From Bispira polyomma (Eukaryota), in NCBI GenBank assembly GCA_965649765.1, contig OZ287749.1, forward strand, positions 23,250,001 through 23,314,000: a stretch of 64,000 nucleotides of DNA, read 5' to 3'. Positions 1 through 12,413 of this stretch are shown in pieces. The position numbers and the translations under genes are program-made. Every line of letters begins with the position of its first letter. The stretch's first letter is position 1. Under the pieces are notes generated by a model. It made no database searches and was not told the DNA's origin. It saw only the letters and a program-made list of their open reading frames with translations.

Positions 1-1195
1 ACCTCCAATGCCAGATAAACAAGCGTCAACTTGTAGTAGAGCATCGTGTGGCTTGTTTATGTAGTTATAAGTAGTAGTACCGTTAAACTGTAAAAGAAAT
101 CTTACAAACCAAGCAAGGTCTTGGTGGAAATCCATATTCAAGATGACTGTGTTACTGCTAGTGGATTGTCGTAGTAATGTTAGCATCCGATTCATGAATA
201 TACGAGAAGGTTTAATACACCGGTGAATGTAAAGGAGTTTTCCTAGTAGTGACTGGTATTTTTGTTTACGTACTTTATTTAGGTATTTAAACTCGAGACA
301 GGTATCATAAATGGAAATCAGTTTATCCTCGTCAATACTGAGAGTTTCGTTGGTGATATTAATGGTAATGCCCATACAAGTGACACGTTTACTGGGGGGG
401 ACTAGCTTTTTTGCGTTTATGGGGAGGCCTAGATCTGTGAGAATTTGTTGCAAAGTATTGTAAGCTAAGGTAGCCCTATCTTCAGATTCTAGGAGTATGA
501 AGTCATCGATTTAGTTGTATACTGTGAAGCCTTTAAGTTTCATAATATAAGTCACGCAATCTGAGGCCATCATAAAGACTGCTGTGCCATGAGTTAGGCC
601 AAAAGTCAAGGTTAAATCTATATAATAATTATTTTTCCAAAAATATCCAAGTTTAAGGCAATCATAAGGGTCAATTCTGATATTTCGAAATGCGTGGGAA
701 ATGTCCACTTTTGCTAAGGTGGCCTTAGGTCCAATAGTCAAGATTTGAGAAGTTATTTGATCAATAGATGGAAGTTTTAGGTTGAAGTCTATGTGGTCAT
801 ACTTTGTTTTTACAGTACACGGATTGGCCTGTAGGGTGAGATAAATCTAAGACTAACCTACGTTGGTCAACGTCCTTGGGAACTGTCAATAAGGGAGAAC
901 AGTGTAAATCTGGGTGTAAGTTATCATTAATGGGGCCAATTATGGTACCTCTGTTGACCTCAGTAATGAAATATTTGTCTATTGCCTGAGGAAAAGCTTT
1001 GGCTGAGTAATGATTTTTGACATTTGTGACGTGTAGTCGGTCCCTGTCGTATAAGGAAATGGGGAATCCGAATTCTACGTACTGTAAAATGATTTTGTCT
1101 GGGTAGTCAACCAAATACACTTTCCATTTAGCTACGTTAAGGTTGCTCTTAAGTGGTATACGTGCTGATTTATAGTTGGGGACCTTAGTGGTTTT
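1..1195 (-). pseudogene. RT/RNase H (pol) pseudogene of the Ngaro-like element
   Basis: ORFs 797-1120 and 511-741 plus a manually translated open frame 1-510 (LGLPINAKKLVPPSKRVTCMGITI..QSLLGKLLYIHRCIKPSRIFMNRML..DLAWF..VDACLSGIGG). Frameshifts near 810 and 1195; TAA replaces the Y of YIDD at 511-513. Confidence 0.9.
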
Positions 1196-2148
1196 AATGA
1201 TTTAACTTCTACCAGTTTGCCGTACGAGTCAATGTTGACCTCTTGTCTAACAGGACCCATAAAGGTAAAGTTGTTATATCTGTGTGGGGTGTAACCAAAA
1301 GGTTTGTGTGTGTTGGCTAAAGTGTCCCCTTGTGTGTTGTTGTTGTTGGGAAGTACATGTGAACATTGTTGTGAAACTGCCTGAGTCATAACGACCTCAT
1401 GATGTGTACAGTGTGTGTGTGTGACAGTAGTGTGAGGGTTGTGAGTGTGCAAGTTGTGTGATGGCATTTCAAGTTCTACAGTAATTGTTTTTGCTTGTGT
1501 GAGTGTCTGTTCATCACGTCTACATAAGCTGTCAATGATGTCATTGTAATACAAAGTGCTACCTAATTTAGTACGTGTGTGTGAGAGTTGTTTGTCTAAT
1601 CTCGGTTTTGTGAGTCTCTTTACTTGGGGGAAATTCCTGCCTAATTCTGAGATGTGCATAGAGCTAGAGTAAGTTATGGGCCAAATGTGTTCTAATGACC
1701 AATCAGATAGTTGGAATGTCCAACTATCTTGTACAAAGTTGTACACATAAACGCCCGACAGAGATGTATCTTGGCGACATACTAGGTAACAAAGGTTTAA
1801 CGTATTACAGCCATGTTGACTGTTACTGAGATATATATCACAAAGTTTAGAGTCACAATGTAAACTGTTATCAGCTCTATATGTGACAACATTGTCTATA
1901 GTGCCTGGGTAGGCGGTTAAACTTGCATTAGCATTTTTAACTTGACAGTTGTCAACACTTGAAATAATAGAATTATTACAGTCTGATGAAGTCTGTGACC
2001 TGTTAATCTTACTGTCTACAGAGAATTGTTTGATATTACTATTCTCCACACTAACGCTTAAACTGGATATAAAATTAGGGTTCTCATAATCGTCTACCTT
2101 ATAAATTTGCTTAGAAGTACTATTAATCTCATCATTCTTCAGGCTCAT
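1132..2148 (-). CDS. Low-complexity N-terminal extension of ORF2 (338 aa), function unknown
   Basis: ORF track. Ser/Asn/Thr/His-rich, includes a (GT)-rich tract at ~1300-1600, and joins the RT frame by a frameshift near 1195 (VPNYKSARIPLKSNLNVAKW..). Confidence 0.6.
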   Translation of the reverse strand: MSLKNDEINSTSKQIYKVDDYENPNFISSLSVSVENSNIKQFSVDSKINRSQTSSDCNNSIISSVDNCQVKNANASLTAYPGTIDNVVTYRADNSLHCDSKLCDIYLSNSQHGCNTLNLCYLVCRQDTSLSGVYVYNFVQDSWTFQLSDWSLEHIWPITYSSSMHISELGRNFPQVKRLTKPRLDKQLSHTRTKLGSTLYYNDIIDSLCRRDEQTLTQAKTITVELEMPSHNLHTHNPHTTVTHTHCTHHEVVMTQAVSQQCSHVLPNNNNTQGDTLANTHKPFGYTPHRYNNFTFMGPVRQEVNIDSYGKLVEVKSLKPLRSPTINQHVYHLRATLT

Positions 2149-2206
2149 ACAATAAAGATGAGGTACACTGAAGTCACAACTGGTGCTGGTGGCTGTAGGC
2201 AGTTGG

Positions 2207-3549
2207 TGGTCCTATTGTGTGTTTGGTGTAGGGGTTGGACGCCCATGCAGCTTAAAACATTTTGTCTCCGGATGAGGGTTGGATTTTTTACTAACCCGGA
2301 AACAGTTGGCTCAAATGTGCTTAAAAAGAACGTTATTCCCCTCGTGGTCTTTCTGATGTTGGCATTGGCCTTTCTGAAAGTGCCTGCACGGGATTTCTTG
2401 TTTAGTCGACGCAGAGAGAGTGGTGTTTGTAGACATGTTGTTGGAGACGAGAGCTTGGGAGTACGAGAGCCTGTTTAGGGTCCACTTCGTTTCGTTGAGC
2501 CAGCTGAGGCGACCTTCCTCGATGTCGTGCATGTTGCATGCGTAAGCGCCACGAGCTATCTGCCAGGATATGTTTGAGGCGTCTCTGAGAGTATCTGCCA
2601 ACTGAGTGAGCATTGCTCTCGAGATAGACTGATTCTGGACCTCTAAAATATTTTGAATTTGTCCGGCAGCGAATTGTGGGATGGTAAGGTCGTCGAAAGA
2701 AACACGTTTTTTATTTATACCTGAGAGGCAAGCCTCATTGGGCCAGCGTTTCATCGGATCAGAGACACACACATCTGAGACATTGTAACGACCAGACTTT
2801 TTCTTGGTGGCAAGCTTACCTTGTAAGCCTTCGTCCGCAGCCCAGGCCTCATAACGTGCTAAGCGGAGAGATACTTCATTTTGTATTAAGGAGGACTGCT
2901 TGAGGACATCTGGTGTCGGTAAGATGGCGTCCTGTAGTGCTCGCTGTGTGTTGTCAGTGTTAGTAACTCTCTGTGGTTGCATCTGACCTGCTATGTGAGG
3001 TTGAGCGTGAGGCTGAGGTAGAGGGTGAGATGTGTAGGTGAGCGATGAAAGATCCCTGTGTGCTTCATAGCCTGGTAAACTAAGTGATGCTGGGTGTACT
3101 GGTCTCGTGTGAGGTGGGTCTTGAAGAATTTACATGTTGTTTCCTGGGTTGTGAAGCCGAGGAGTGACTGTAGGACAAGCTGACCGGGTCGTTACTGATG
3201 GCCCTACCATGGGTAACTGAGGAACCGGAGTCTCGGATTGCTTAGCTTTAAGGTCAGAAACGTCTTCTTGTAACTTTGACACAGTAGTAAGTAATGTTTG
3301 CATCATGGCTTGCTGCCTGCTGTGTATGTCACGGTAAAATTTTTCGGAACTTACTTTATCAGAGCAGTTACTGATGGAGTCGCTGTCAAAGTTATTTTCT
3401 GCTCCCAAGTCTTGGTCTGGTAAGGGTTCTTCTTCAGAAGATACAATGACTCTGTTGCATCTAGTCCCAATTGGGCGAGTATGTGAAATGTCACATCTCG
3501 AGCACATAGCTACATTCACGGCGGGTTGTCTTTTTTTACCTCTCCCCAT
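2207..3549 (-). pseudogene. gag-like ORF1 with N-terminal CxxCxxxH motif, C-terminal CCCH and zinc-knuckle motifs; two premature stops
   Basis: ORFs 3130-3549 and 2311-2982 are in the same frame, separated by a single TAA. TGA at 2311-2313 replaces a Cys in KHI*ANC..H....C. Motifs CSRCDISH..C, SFDDLTIPQFAAG, CRHFQKGQC....DH. Confidence 0.85.
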
Positions 3550-3804
3550 TTTGTCACTAAATCCAGGGGTAAAAGCACCACGGGTGAAACTATAATATTT
3601 CTATAATGGTTATGCACTAAAAACACGTAAAAACTAGATGTAAAACGAGTGGGAACATATAATTTAACAAAGTTTTCCTCCCACAAAAGTTCAAAATCCA
3701 ATATGGCCGCTTCTGGGCTCACAAAAAGACGTGTTGCTTACTTAACTTGCAACTTAATAATGCCTTTCTGTGAGAAAAGGGCGGCAAGGAGTTTACTCTG
3801 AAGG

Positions 3805-3855
3805 AAGGTGATTGGTTGCCTGGTTTAAATGACCTAAAATCTGATTGGGATAGCT
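3805..3855 (-). promoter_or_regulatory. Putative internal promoter (two CCAAT boxes) upstream of gag
   Basis: CCAATCAG and CCAATCAC on the minus strand flanking TTTAAA, about 270-300 bp upstream of the gag ATG. Motif-only evidence. Confidence 0.3.
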
Positions 3856-4939
3856 AGGTAAACAATTCTTAAGAAGGGTTTTACAGTAAAGTATTAAATT
3901 TTTGCTACTGACTTGCCATGCTATACTAGCAGTGACATCAAAATGTCAATACACATAGACTTTAAGCTGATGGCAATACTACTCTTTTTTCCTCAAATTC
4001 AAGCTATTGCCTTTTTGGGTTTATGTTTCATAAAATTTTCATGTACTTAAGTGATTTATAAACATAAATCAAATGTTACTTTTGTCTGTCAGATATCAGA
4101 TGACATAGTAATAATTTATGGCATTGAAGTCCACCATTTTATTATCCATTTCCATAAATAAATATTAAATGTTTTGTCCAGATGTGCGTCAGTGAAATTA
4201 CAATGAAATGTAGTGTTATTTGATATCACTATATGCCTTCAAAACTAAAAACTATGAAACAATAAAAGTAACTTTCAGCACAGGAAAAAATTTCTGTTTG
4301 TAGTCGACTATGTTTAGGTGTGTCTTGGCTACCTTTACTTAATGTGCCCACTTTTCACTGGTATTGGCCTTTTTCTAAATTTAAAATTGAACATAAAAGG
4401 TTCAGAAGTCAATGCCACAAAATGATGTAAGGCGACAATTTGCTGATCGATTGGCTTAATATTATGACAGTTCCCTACCTTCTGTAAAGCCAGAAAAAGA
4501 GGTTGCGAAAATATTGTATGGGTTTTTGTAAGAAATAAATTTGTTTGGTCCACGGCTCAAAAACTCTTGGCCAATCGCATAACAAATTGAAGTCTGCTGT
4601 ACATTTCTTTACCATTCATTGTATTGTGGATTTTTAGCAGGTCTCTTAGCATTGATCATTATATATGGTCAATTGGTCAATCAATAGGCAATAGTGTGTT
4701 CACTTCTTGGGAGATTACCTTTGTGGTTTTACTAGGAGTTAAAAACTGAGGGACGGAAACTAGAAACAGATCCAGGTGTTCAACAGGTTAGATATATGGT
4801 GAGCACCATAGAGAGCGATCAGAAAAGTTTCCCTGTTTGGTAAAGTATTTTTAAATATTAAACAAGAACTTGAAAATTTGTTTGGGGTCATGGAGTGAGA
4901 ATAATACATAAGAACCTCGGGGTACATTAAACATTTGTA

Positions 4940-7650
4940 CAGTTACATAATCTCATGAACTAATTTATTTGAAATATTTATGACTCTCATTCTCTGAGAA
5001 GGGATATTTATGCAACGTAGCAATGTCCAGGCCAACTCCTGAACCACTAGGCAACGAAATCTTACATAAATATCCACAAAATACATGGTACAACCCACAC
5101 ACAAAACTTATATGGTTTGGCTATAACGTATATAATATAAAGTATATAAATGACCATAGATACAAGTAAGTAATTTAACTTATAAATGTTCCCATTATAC
5201 ACAGCCCCTATGGGATAGGATCAAACCCAGGTCCTCTGTGATTCGAAGTGACTAATTTACTTTCTTTACTCGATCAATGGCCCATAGTATATAGAGTTAA
5301 ATTCACCAACTACTATACAATTCTACTAATATAGAAAACTCCAATGTGACATTGATATGTTTAGCACTAAAATATGATGTTCTGTGGTATTTTCTTTTTC
5401 TCATGTTTTTTTCTGATTAAAGCTTAAGGGATCAGATGTCACTTCAGGAAAATGATAAAACACTCCAATCTTCTGATGGATCAGAAAGCCCATAAGTAGT
5501 TCATTTTTTTTGCATGACAATGTCAATGCATCTGTCATATTTCTGGATAACAGGGATGCTCCCCCACTTTTTTGGTTACAATATCAATAGGCAACCCATG
5601 TTCATATTTCAGGCATTATTCCATATGCTATTTATGTCCAAATATAAGAATTCTAAAAATGCAAGACACATGCTGCAAAACATTAATTTACTCAACTAGT
5701 AATTTACGAATTTTCAAGTATAAATTATAGGTAACTAAATTGTTTATTCAATAAGTTTATTATTTATGCTAAATAGGTCAGGTGTATGAGCAAATGATCA
5801 TTTTCTCTTTTATGATGTCATTGAATTTAACTAAGTGGCCATCTGTCACTGTTGCCTCACTTATGAACACAGAGGACCTGGGAGGTAGAGGCGGTTACAT
5901 AGCATGACACCACTTAAAATGGTGGTCCTCTGTCATTGGGTCCGATCTGCAGTGACAGGCTTAAGATCCTTGGAAAGTTGATAAGTGGTGCAATCCTTCA
6001 GACTGTTTCTTTAGTAAGTGATTTTTTATCATTTTTAACAGAATTTTTTTTATCAAAACCCAATTAAATGATATAAATTTTACGCATTTTGCTCCACCAT
6101 CTTTGTCGGCTAAGAAAATAAATGTGTGAATAATTTTATGATACCGCTAAACAAAGAAATCATGTTTTGATGGATATTCTCGGGACCTTACTCAACAAGG
6201 TACTGTACATGTACTTCCTTGACTAGCAACCAAAGCAAGTGAAATTCAGGTCTGTATAAACACACACCAATGTGACCATGAACAAAGGCACCAACTCTTG
6301 TAACCAAGCGGCAGCCAACTTTGATATTGAAATGAAAATTAAGGTTGTTCGCTACCATTTTTCCCCTCCAAAAATATTTCAATATTTTTTCATGAAAATT
6401 GTAGAAAATGTGATTTGTTAAATTGTCTATTAGGAATGATGTTTAATTTTGCCTTTTTATGAGCCACCCTGTCATAAATTTAATGTTTATCTCCAGAAAT
6501 ATTCGAGATGTTTCCTATTATTTCAATAGAAACATAAGACATAACATAAAAATTCTAAACAAACTGAGATTTAAAAAAAATTTTACGCGGGGAGCCCTTG
6601 TATTTTTTCTTATTTAGTTACAGTTTATAATTTACCACAACTGGGGGGAAAAGTATAAAAGTGAAATCTTTATAAAGTACCATTTGATAGAAGGTTTCCT
6701 TCCCAAAACAGGCTTTTCCATTGAAAACAATAGGCAAATAAATGAAAATACATACCATATTCAAAGATCTGTAGGTTTTGAAAGAGCCTGGTGTGACATA
6801 GTTTTTTAGATATTTTTGTTTAACATATTAATGAAGCTTTTCATAAATTTTTTGGGAAGAAAATCTGTGGTGTAAAAAAAATGGTAGCGAACAACCTTAA
6901 ATACTCTCCAGTTTGATGAATGTAGAGAGCCGTGCCACAGCAGTGAAAGCAATAAACATTACTTATCGTCATTAAGTGGGGTGAGTCTTGAAAACGTACT
7001 TAACTTCCCAACAGAATCACACAACAACTAGAGGGTCACTAAAAAATACCAGTTTGGGAAAAAATATTTAATTTCTTCAATTAATTACTTGGAATTGACA
7101 GTCACACCAAAACTGCAGTTTCACAAGAAAAGTCAAAAGCCCCAAAAAAGAGCATTAGGTCTCATTTTGTATTCTAACCATCATCTTCAATTCAATAAAA
7201 ACAACCCAATAGGTACTTGCACTTGATTGACCGTAACAAAAAAAGTTTCCATTTCAGTTAGCTGGTAATGGAAAATAATAGGTAAAAATGTCTAATGTTT
7301 TTTTTCCAATGGGCCATACATACAAAAAAGGAATTCCCAATATCTAGATCAAAGACCATAAGGGAGAAAATGCAAATTTTGCCACAAAGCAAGTTTTAGC
7401 TTTAAATGGATAGTCAACTTTGCCTAATTGAATTGAATTTAGCAACTAGTTTTGCAGATTTATGAGCGTACAGGTCCACCAGAAAGTCTGTAAAGTGATC
7501 CCGTGACCAGTTAAAAGGTTAAAATGATGGTTAGAGTAGAACACACTACATAAAAATGTATAGTACTTTAGGGTATTTATTTTAGCTTTATATTAACATA
7601 TTACAAAAACACTGTCCCAAAATTTAGGAGTATATAATTATTGTTGTTGA
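4940..7650 (+). repeat. Segmental duplication, copy 1 (paralog at ~15620-17775)
   Basis: Colinear shared blocks, e.g. ctcattctctgagaagggatatt, gggatcagatgtcacttcagg, ctctgtcattgggtccgatctgca, ggcagccaactttga, aatactctccagtttgatgaatgtagagagcc, gggtatttat.ttagcttta. Roughly 80-85% identity by eye. Confidence 0.92.
6343..6896. mobile_element. Non-autonomous DNA transposon (MITE), Kolobok-like, TTAA target-site duplication
   Basis: Perfect ~20-bp TIRs ggttgttcgctaccattttt / aaaaatggtagcgaacaacc; TTAA at 6339-6342 and 6897-6900; the paralog has an empty site with a single TTAA at ~17061. GG..CC termini favour Kolobok over piggyBac. Confidence 0.88.
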
Positions 7651-7987
7651 GTATATAATCGAAATAAATGTATTTCATAGCCATGCATGCTGTACGTTAG
7701 TTGCCATTATTATATCATTTTAATGCTTTGCAGGATTCAAACTTATTTTGGTGAGAGGCCAAACATTTGAATTTTACAGTATAGAAAATTAATTGTGGTA
7801 AAAATGTAATGATGATTGTCAAGATTGTGTAAGTATTATAATAATGGTGTGGTATTCACAATAGTTATTACTATTAGCATTAAATCTCTAATTGTAGTCT
7901 GTAGTTTGAGATTTTAACTAAAAGGTTAAGATGTTGCTTCAGTCCCAGTGTCTTAGCTTATTGTAGTGTTAGTGTTAGAAATATGAT

Positions 7988-9380
7988 TCAACTGAAACAG
8001 CTCTGCTTTATAATAAAAACGATAGTCATATGTGTTTATCAAAGGGTGTTCCCACTGCATTGGTACTGTTAGATTTATCAGCTTCTTTCGACACTATTGA
8101 TCACAATGTCCTCATTGAAAGACTAAAAACCTGGTTTGGCCTCAAATTCTCTGTCTTGCAATGTTTTGTTTCTTACTTGTCAGACAGGTACCAGTCTATT
8201 GAAACTGGTGACATTGTGTCTGACTTGGAAGTCCTTCAGACATGCTTAGCAGATGTTCAAAATTGGATGGCACTAAATAAGCTTAAGCTGAATTCTGATA
8301 AAACCGAATTCATATTGTTTGCTTCGGGCACTCAACGTGTTTAACTGTCAAATTCTTTTCCAGTAAACAATATTGAGACACTGTTGTCCCCAACTAATAA
8401 AGTGAGTGACCTGGGAGTTTTGTTTGACAGTAATTTTTCATTTTCTAGTCATATCCAATCAGTGTGTAAGTTATGCTTAATGGGTCTTAGAGACCTTAGG
8501 AGAATCAGGAGGTAACTTCCAAAATCGGTTGCACTAGCTTCAGCAAATGCTCTGGTTGGTAGCAGACATGGACTACTGCAATTCATTGTGTCGTAGTTTC
8601 ACCAAAAATTACCTAAACAAATTGCAATGCATCTGGAATTTATTGGCACGTCTGGTCAGTTGTTCTGCTAGACTTTCAATGCTTCACCGATTCTGAAGTC
8701 ACTTCACTGGCTCCCTGTTAGGTATAGGTGTGTCTTAAAACTGCTACCATAAAATACAGGGGTGGACAGTTTAGCGGACAGTAACTTAAAATGCACACAG
8801 TTTATCTATTTAACAACTAATCTGACCCGTTTTGGATGCAAAGTCTGTATTTACAATGAAATTAGTGGGTTAAGTAATTTATATTTTACAGATGGCTTTT
8901 TAAATGCAACAAATTTTATATTTTAAGTTACTGTCCGCAATCGCTGTCCCGTTAGCTAAGCTGTCCACCCTTGTATAAGTTTCTTGATTTGGGTTTGCCG
9001 AAATACTTTGAACCACACTTGAGTTACTACAGGTGTAATGTTAATACCAGAAGAGCTGCTCCCAAAAATAGATTCCTTCTTGTTCCAAAATATAAGTCCA
9101 AAGAATACAGGTCAAAGGTTCACTTTGATAAAAGTTTTGCAAATGATGCCACTACCCTTCGTCCCTGTATTCCTTCCGGCGCAGTTTAAAGACCTATCTG
9201 TTCAATAATGCGTTCCCTCCATAGTCTCTATCCTGTTCTCGGTGGACACATTGATGACGACTTCTTTCTGTCTATCACCAATGATTTTTGGCTCTGGCTG
9301 TAATTTTTTGCACCTTAGAATTTGTTACAAGAAAAATAAGTGCTAAAAAAGTCTGATATATTATTATTATTATATTATTA
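7988..9380 (+). mobile_element. 5'-truncated, decayed L2/CR1-group LINE (RT C-terminal half and 3' UTR)
   Basis: STETALL..LVLLDLSASFDTIDH, WMALNKLKLNSDKTEFILF, SLHWLPVRYR. An internal deletion removes the YADD region. (ATT)n tail at 9361-9380. Similar to 37538-39724. Confidence 0.9.
8757..8973. mobile_element. MITE with TA target-site duplication (Tc1/mariner-like) nested in the L2 LINE
   Basis: TIRs caggggtggacag / ctgtccacccttg plus inner inverted gcggacagtaacttaaaat / attttaagttactgtccgc. TA on both sides. The uninterrupted L2 copy (~39285) lacks it. Confidence 0.85.
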
Positions 9381-10005
9381 CATATTTTGGACACAAGATT
9401 TCAGTTCAAGACTAAGCTAATACATTTGTTTATCTTTGGCTAAGCAAAGTTTTCTTTTTCTTTATGACTCCTAATTTATTTCAGTTTTGTAATACATTTT
9501 AAGTAATATGACCAGGTAGTCAATGCTTGGTCTTTAATTATTTACTTTCTAAGTACAACGATTGTATTATATGTTAGAAAAAAAAATAAAAATTTTTTTT
9601 TTAAAGACAATATTTTGTTTAATAGTTGTTTAATTGGTAGTGGCTTACTATTAGTTTCAAAGATATATAGATTACTCTCAAATACAAATGGTGTGCCTTA
9701 GGAACCGCTAGTACAGAGATTAAACACATGGTTACCTGATTGATTGATTGGGACTATAAAGTATTAGAACAATAATAATACTGTCAGTACTTTATTTAAA
9801 CCTTTGGGTTTTACTACCATAGATACAACAGTATCTAACTTAACTTCTCCAAAAGCATGTAAGTCTATTCGAGAAGCAGCTGACAATATACAACACAAAA
9901 CATATAAAGAATAAAAAAAAAACAATAAAGCTTTCTGCAAAATAACAACAAACTTGGCAGCAACTGTCTGGCTTTACAATTGGTGCCTCTATTTGTTGAT
10001 CCTTT

Positions 10006-10074
10006 ATATACATTGGCTTATTTGGCAAGTATTGCAGTAATATACATTGGCTTATTTGGCAAGTATTGCAGTAA
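10006..10074. repeat. Perfect 34-bp tandem duplication
   Basis: tatacattggcttatttggcaagtattgcagtaa x2. Confidence 0.95.
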
Positions 10075-12413
10075 ATGTAAGTTCCTATTTCTTAAATGGA
10101 AAACTGTTTTTCTGCCTAAATGGCTTATTGTGTCATTATACTGTTGTAAATTAAGGGTGAATAAATATCTAATAAACACATAAAAACACACTGTCATTTA
10201 TTGCCTTCCTTTATTAATCATATCAAATATCACACTATACCTAGTGCGGTACATATTTCATAAAAAAACAAACCATAACACTAATCTACAGAATGTTACA
10301 CATACAAACAATATCAAAAACAAAGTGAAAATCAATGGTTAAGGTTGTGTTAATGATTTATTTCTACCTATTATAGTGTGAATTCCAGGTTTAAAGTGAC
10401 AAGTAACCAGCACCAAAATAAAAGTGAGAGCCCTGCTGGTATGTCTGTGATGCCAAGACTAGACAATAATAGTGACAAAGATGCTGAAGTGGACTTAAGG
10501 GAAAATAGACTGTCTAATCATGCAGCACTGCAATATTGATGAGGTTTGCACAGGGGTATTCATTCTCATTACACTATTTCTTGTGTACATGAGACACAAA
10601 GGTTCACCACGGGTGCCCATTTTAATTATATTATATCCTGTATACAGGAGAAACATTGTTTACATGGTGCATTGTATTAAGTGACATTTAAAAAGACCCA
10701 AATCGGACAAAATTTTATGAAATATATTTGTGTATATAAATATTTATGTATGTATGTTTTGTTTTAGTAATTTCTGACACATTACTGATTGCTGTGTGCT
10801 GTAAATAAAATCCAATAAGAACAATAAAATGCTAAAAATTAAAAAAAAAAAAACATGTTTATAGTGTCAGTTAGAAAATGCAACATTATCTTTAGTATAC
10901 AATTTTAATCATAAGTTATAACAACAATATACTTTTGGTATTTTATTCCATGCATTCAGCATCACCACTTTTATTTGACATTGTGTTACATGAATAACAA
11001 GCCATAATATAGTTTGTGATATTATTTAGTGCATACTAAAGAATAATACTAAACACCCCAAGCCAAACAAGAATTTTGAGAAAAGGAGAGTGTTATTTTT
11101 TTTTGTGAAAGAATAGATTGTAAAGTGTGTGGAATAAGGTTGAGGTTTTGCCCAGCCTGAACATACGAGCAAATCATCTGAAGCCTTGAGCTTGAAAGCA
11201 CTAAAGAGGGACGTTATGTTGGAACAGGAGTGAAGCTCCTGACCTTCTGAATGCATGGAATCCAAGTGTGGAATTGTTGAGGCCAAGAACGGCCAAAATA
11301 TCCTTCAATACATATCTGACCTTAACATCTGTCAGAACTTGATACTGGTGGCCCATTTACCACTAATAACTAGTCCAGGATCCTGGAACATAACATCACG
11401 CCTAAGAAACACTCACTATCATATATATATACACAGAATAAGACACTAAATTGCTGATCCAAAACAAGCCAAAGAAGGCTACCAGAAACAACTCATGAAA
11501 CATAGCCCTTTTTCTGAGTCTAAATACCAAGATAAGATTCTACCCCTACAGTCTATTCCTGGCACGTGTCTAACCTGCAGTGTGATATTATAAGTGGTTG
11601 TAAGAAGCCATAAGTGTCTAGCAACTTGAAAGAGATATGGATCTTTTCCCCTATTGAAGATATTAACCACAGTGCTGTTGTCGCATTACATACTAACACT
11701 AGAGTTGATAAATGCAGGCAACCATGTGGTGAGAGCAGTATACACATCAAGCATTTCCAGATGAACAATAATTGAAGAGGGATCAGCTAGCTGATGCAAT
11801 TCTAAATGATACCCAAACTGGTTATAAACTGCCCTTAAACCAGATAACCCTTGCGTCTACATACACAACTTCAGTTTGTATGACAGGTTTCTCTTAAGAG
11901 ACTACACTAATAAACTGGCTAAAAAATTTCTAGAACCATTTTACGTCAGCAATGAATGACTTGGGTAGCTTAAATTGACCAGTATCAGGACAAGTAGGCA
12001 GTACTTGCAAAATGCGGTTACCACAAGGTATAGCTGTTGTAACACATTTACTAAGATTCTATTTTGCACTAAGGTGAGTAATTTCTTTGAGTTTATCAGA
12101 GGTAAGACTGAGAGTACCTGCTGTTACATCAATTTGTAAACCTAAACATGTTATAGCCTTGACTCACTGTAAGGCCTAGTTCCGTGAGCAAGTTAAGAAG
12201 ACAATTAAAAGCCGAATTAGCAGCCTCAAACAAGCCGTGAATACTAATCATATAGATATCATCAATATAGTTGTACACCACCTGACCCTGCTATGCCATT
12301 ATATATCTAATATTGTCTGTCATTCTGTGGCAATAATGACTTCCATGCCTTAGGCCAAAGGGTACTGTTTTGTCAATGTAATATGCATTCTGCCAATATA
12401 AGCATGGCAAGTG

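Larger units (their letters stand above)
1..3900 (-). mobile_element. Ngaro-like (DIRS order) tyrosine-recombinase retrotransposon, decayed; runs off the left edge
   Basis: Minus-strand order gag -> long ORF2 leader -> RT (HCSPLLTVPK..RRLVLDLSHP; AKVDISHAFRNIRIDP..YYIDLTLTFG; N*IDDF) -> start of RNase H (VDACLSGIGG at the edge). Protein similarity to the YR-bearing element at 44.7-49.1 kb. 5' boundary approximate. Confidence 0.88.

Noticed and set aside
2311-2313. TGA at a conserved Cys of gag as selenocysteine or readthrough
   Set aside because: A single substitution from TGY explains it, the element has other inactivating lesions, and no SECIS was identified.
2107-2478. Plus-strand ORFs overlapping TE genes (also 37796-38206, 47277-47816, 14135-14470 and others)
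   Set aside because: Antisense shadows of TE coding frames with no independent motifs.
4737-4799. Possible small host exon (ELKTEGRKLETDPGVQQVRYM, followed by gtgag)
   Set aside because: Only splice-like dinucleotides and a short frame; phase does not fit the best acceptor of the candidate exon at 5423; no homology recognised.
10390-10540. Possible terminal exon (FKVTSNQH..HAALQY*)
   Set aside because: Short frame with a weak acceptor and no recognisable homology; expected by chance.
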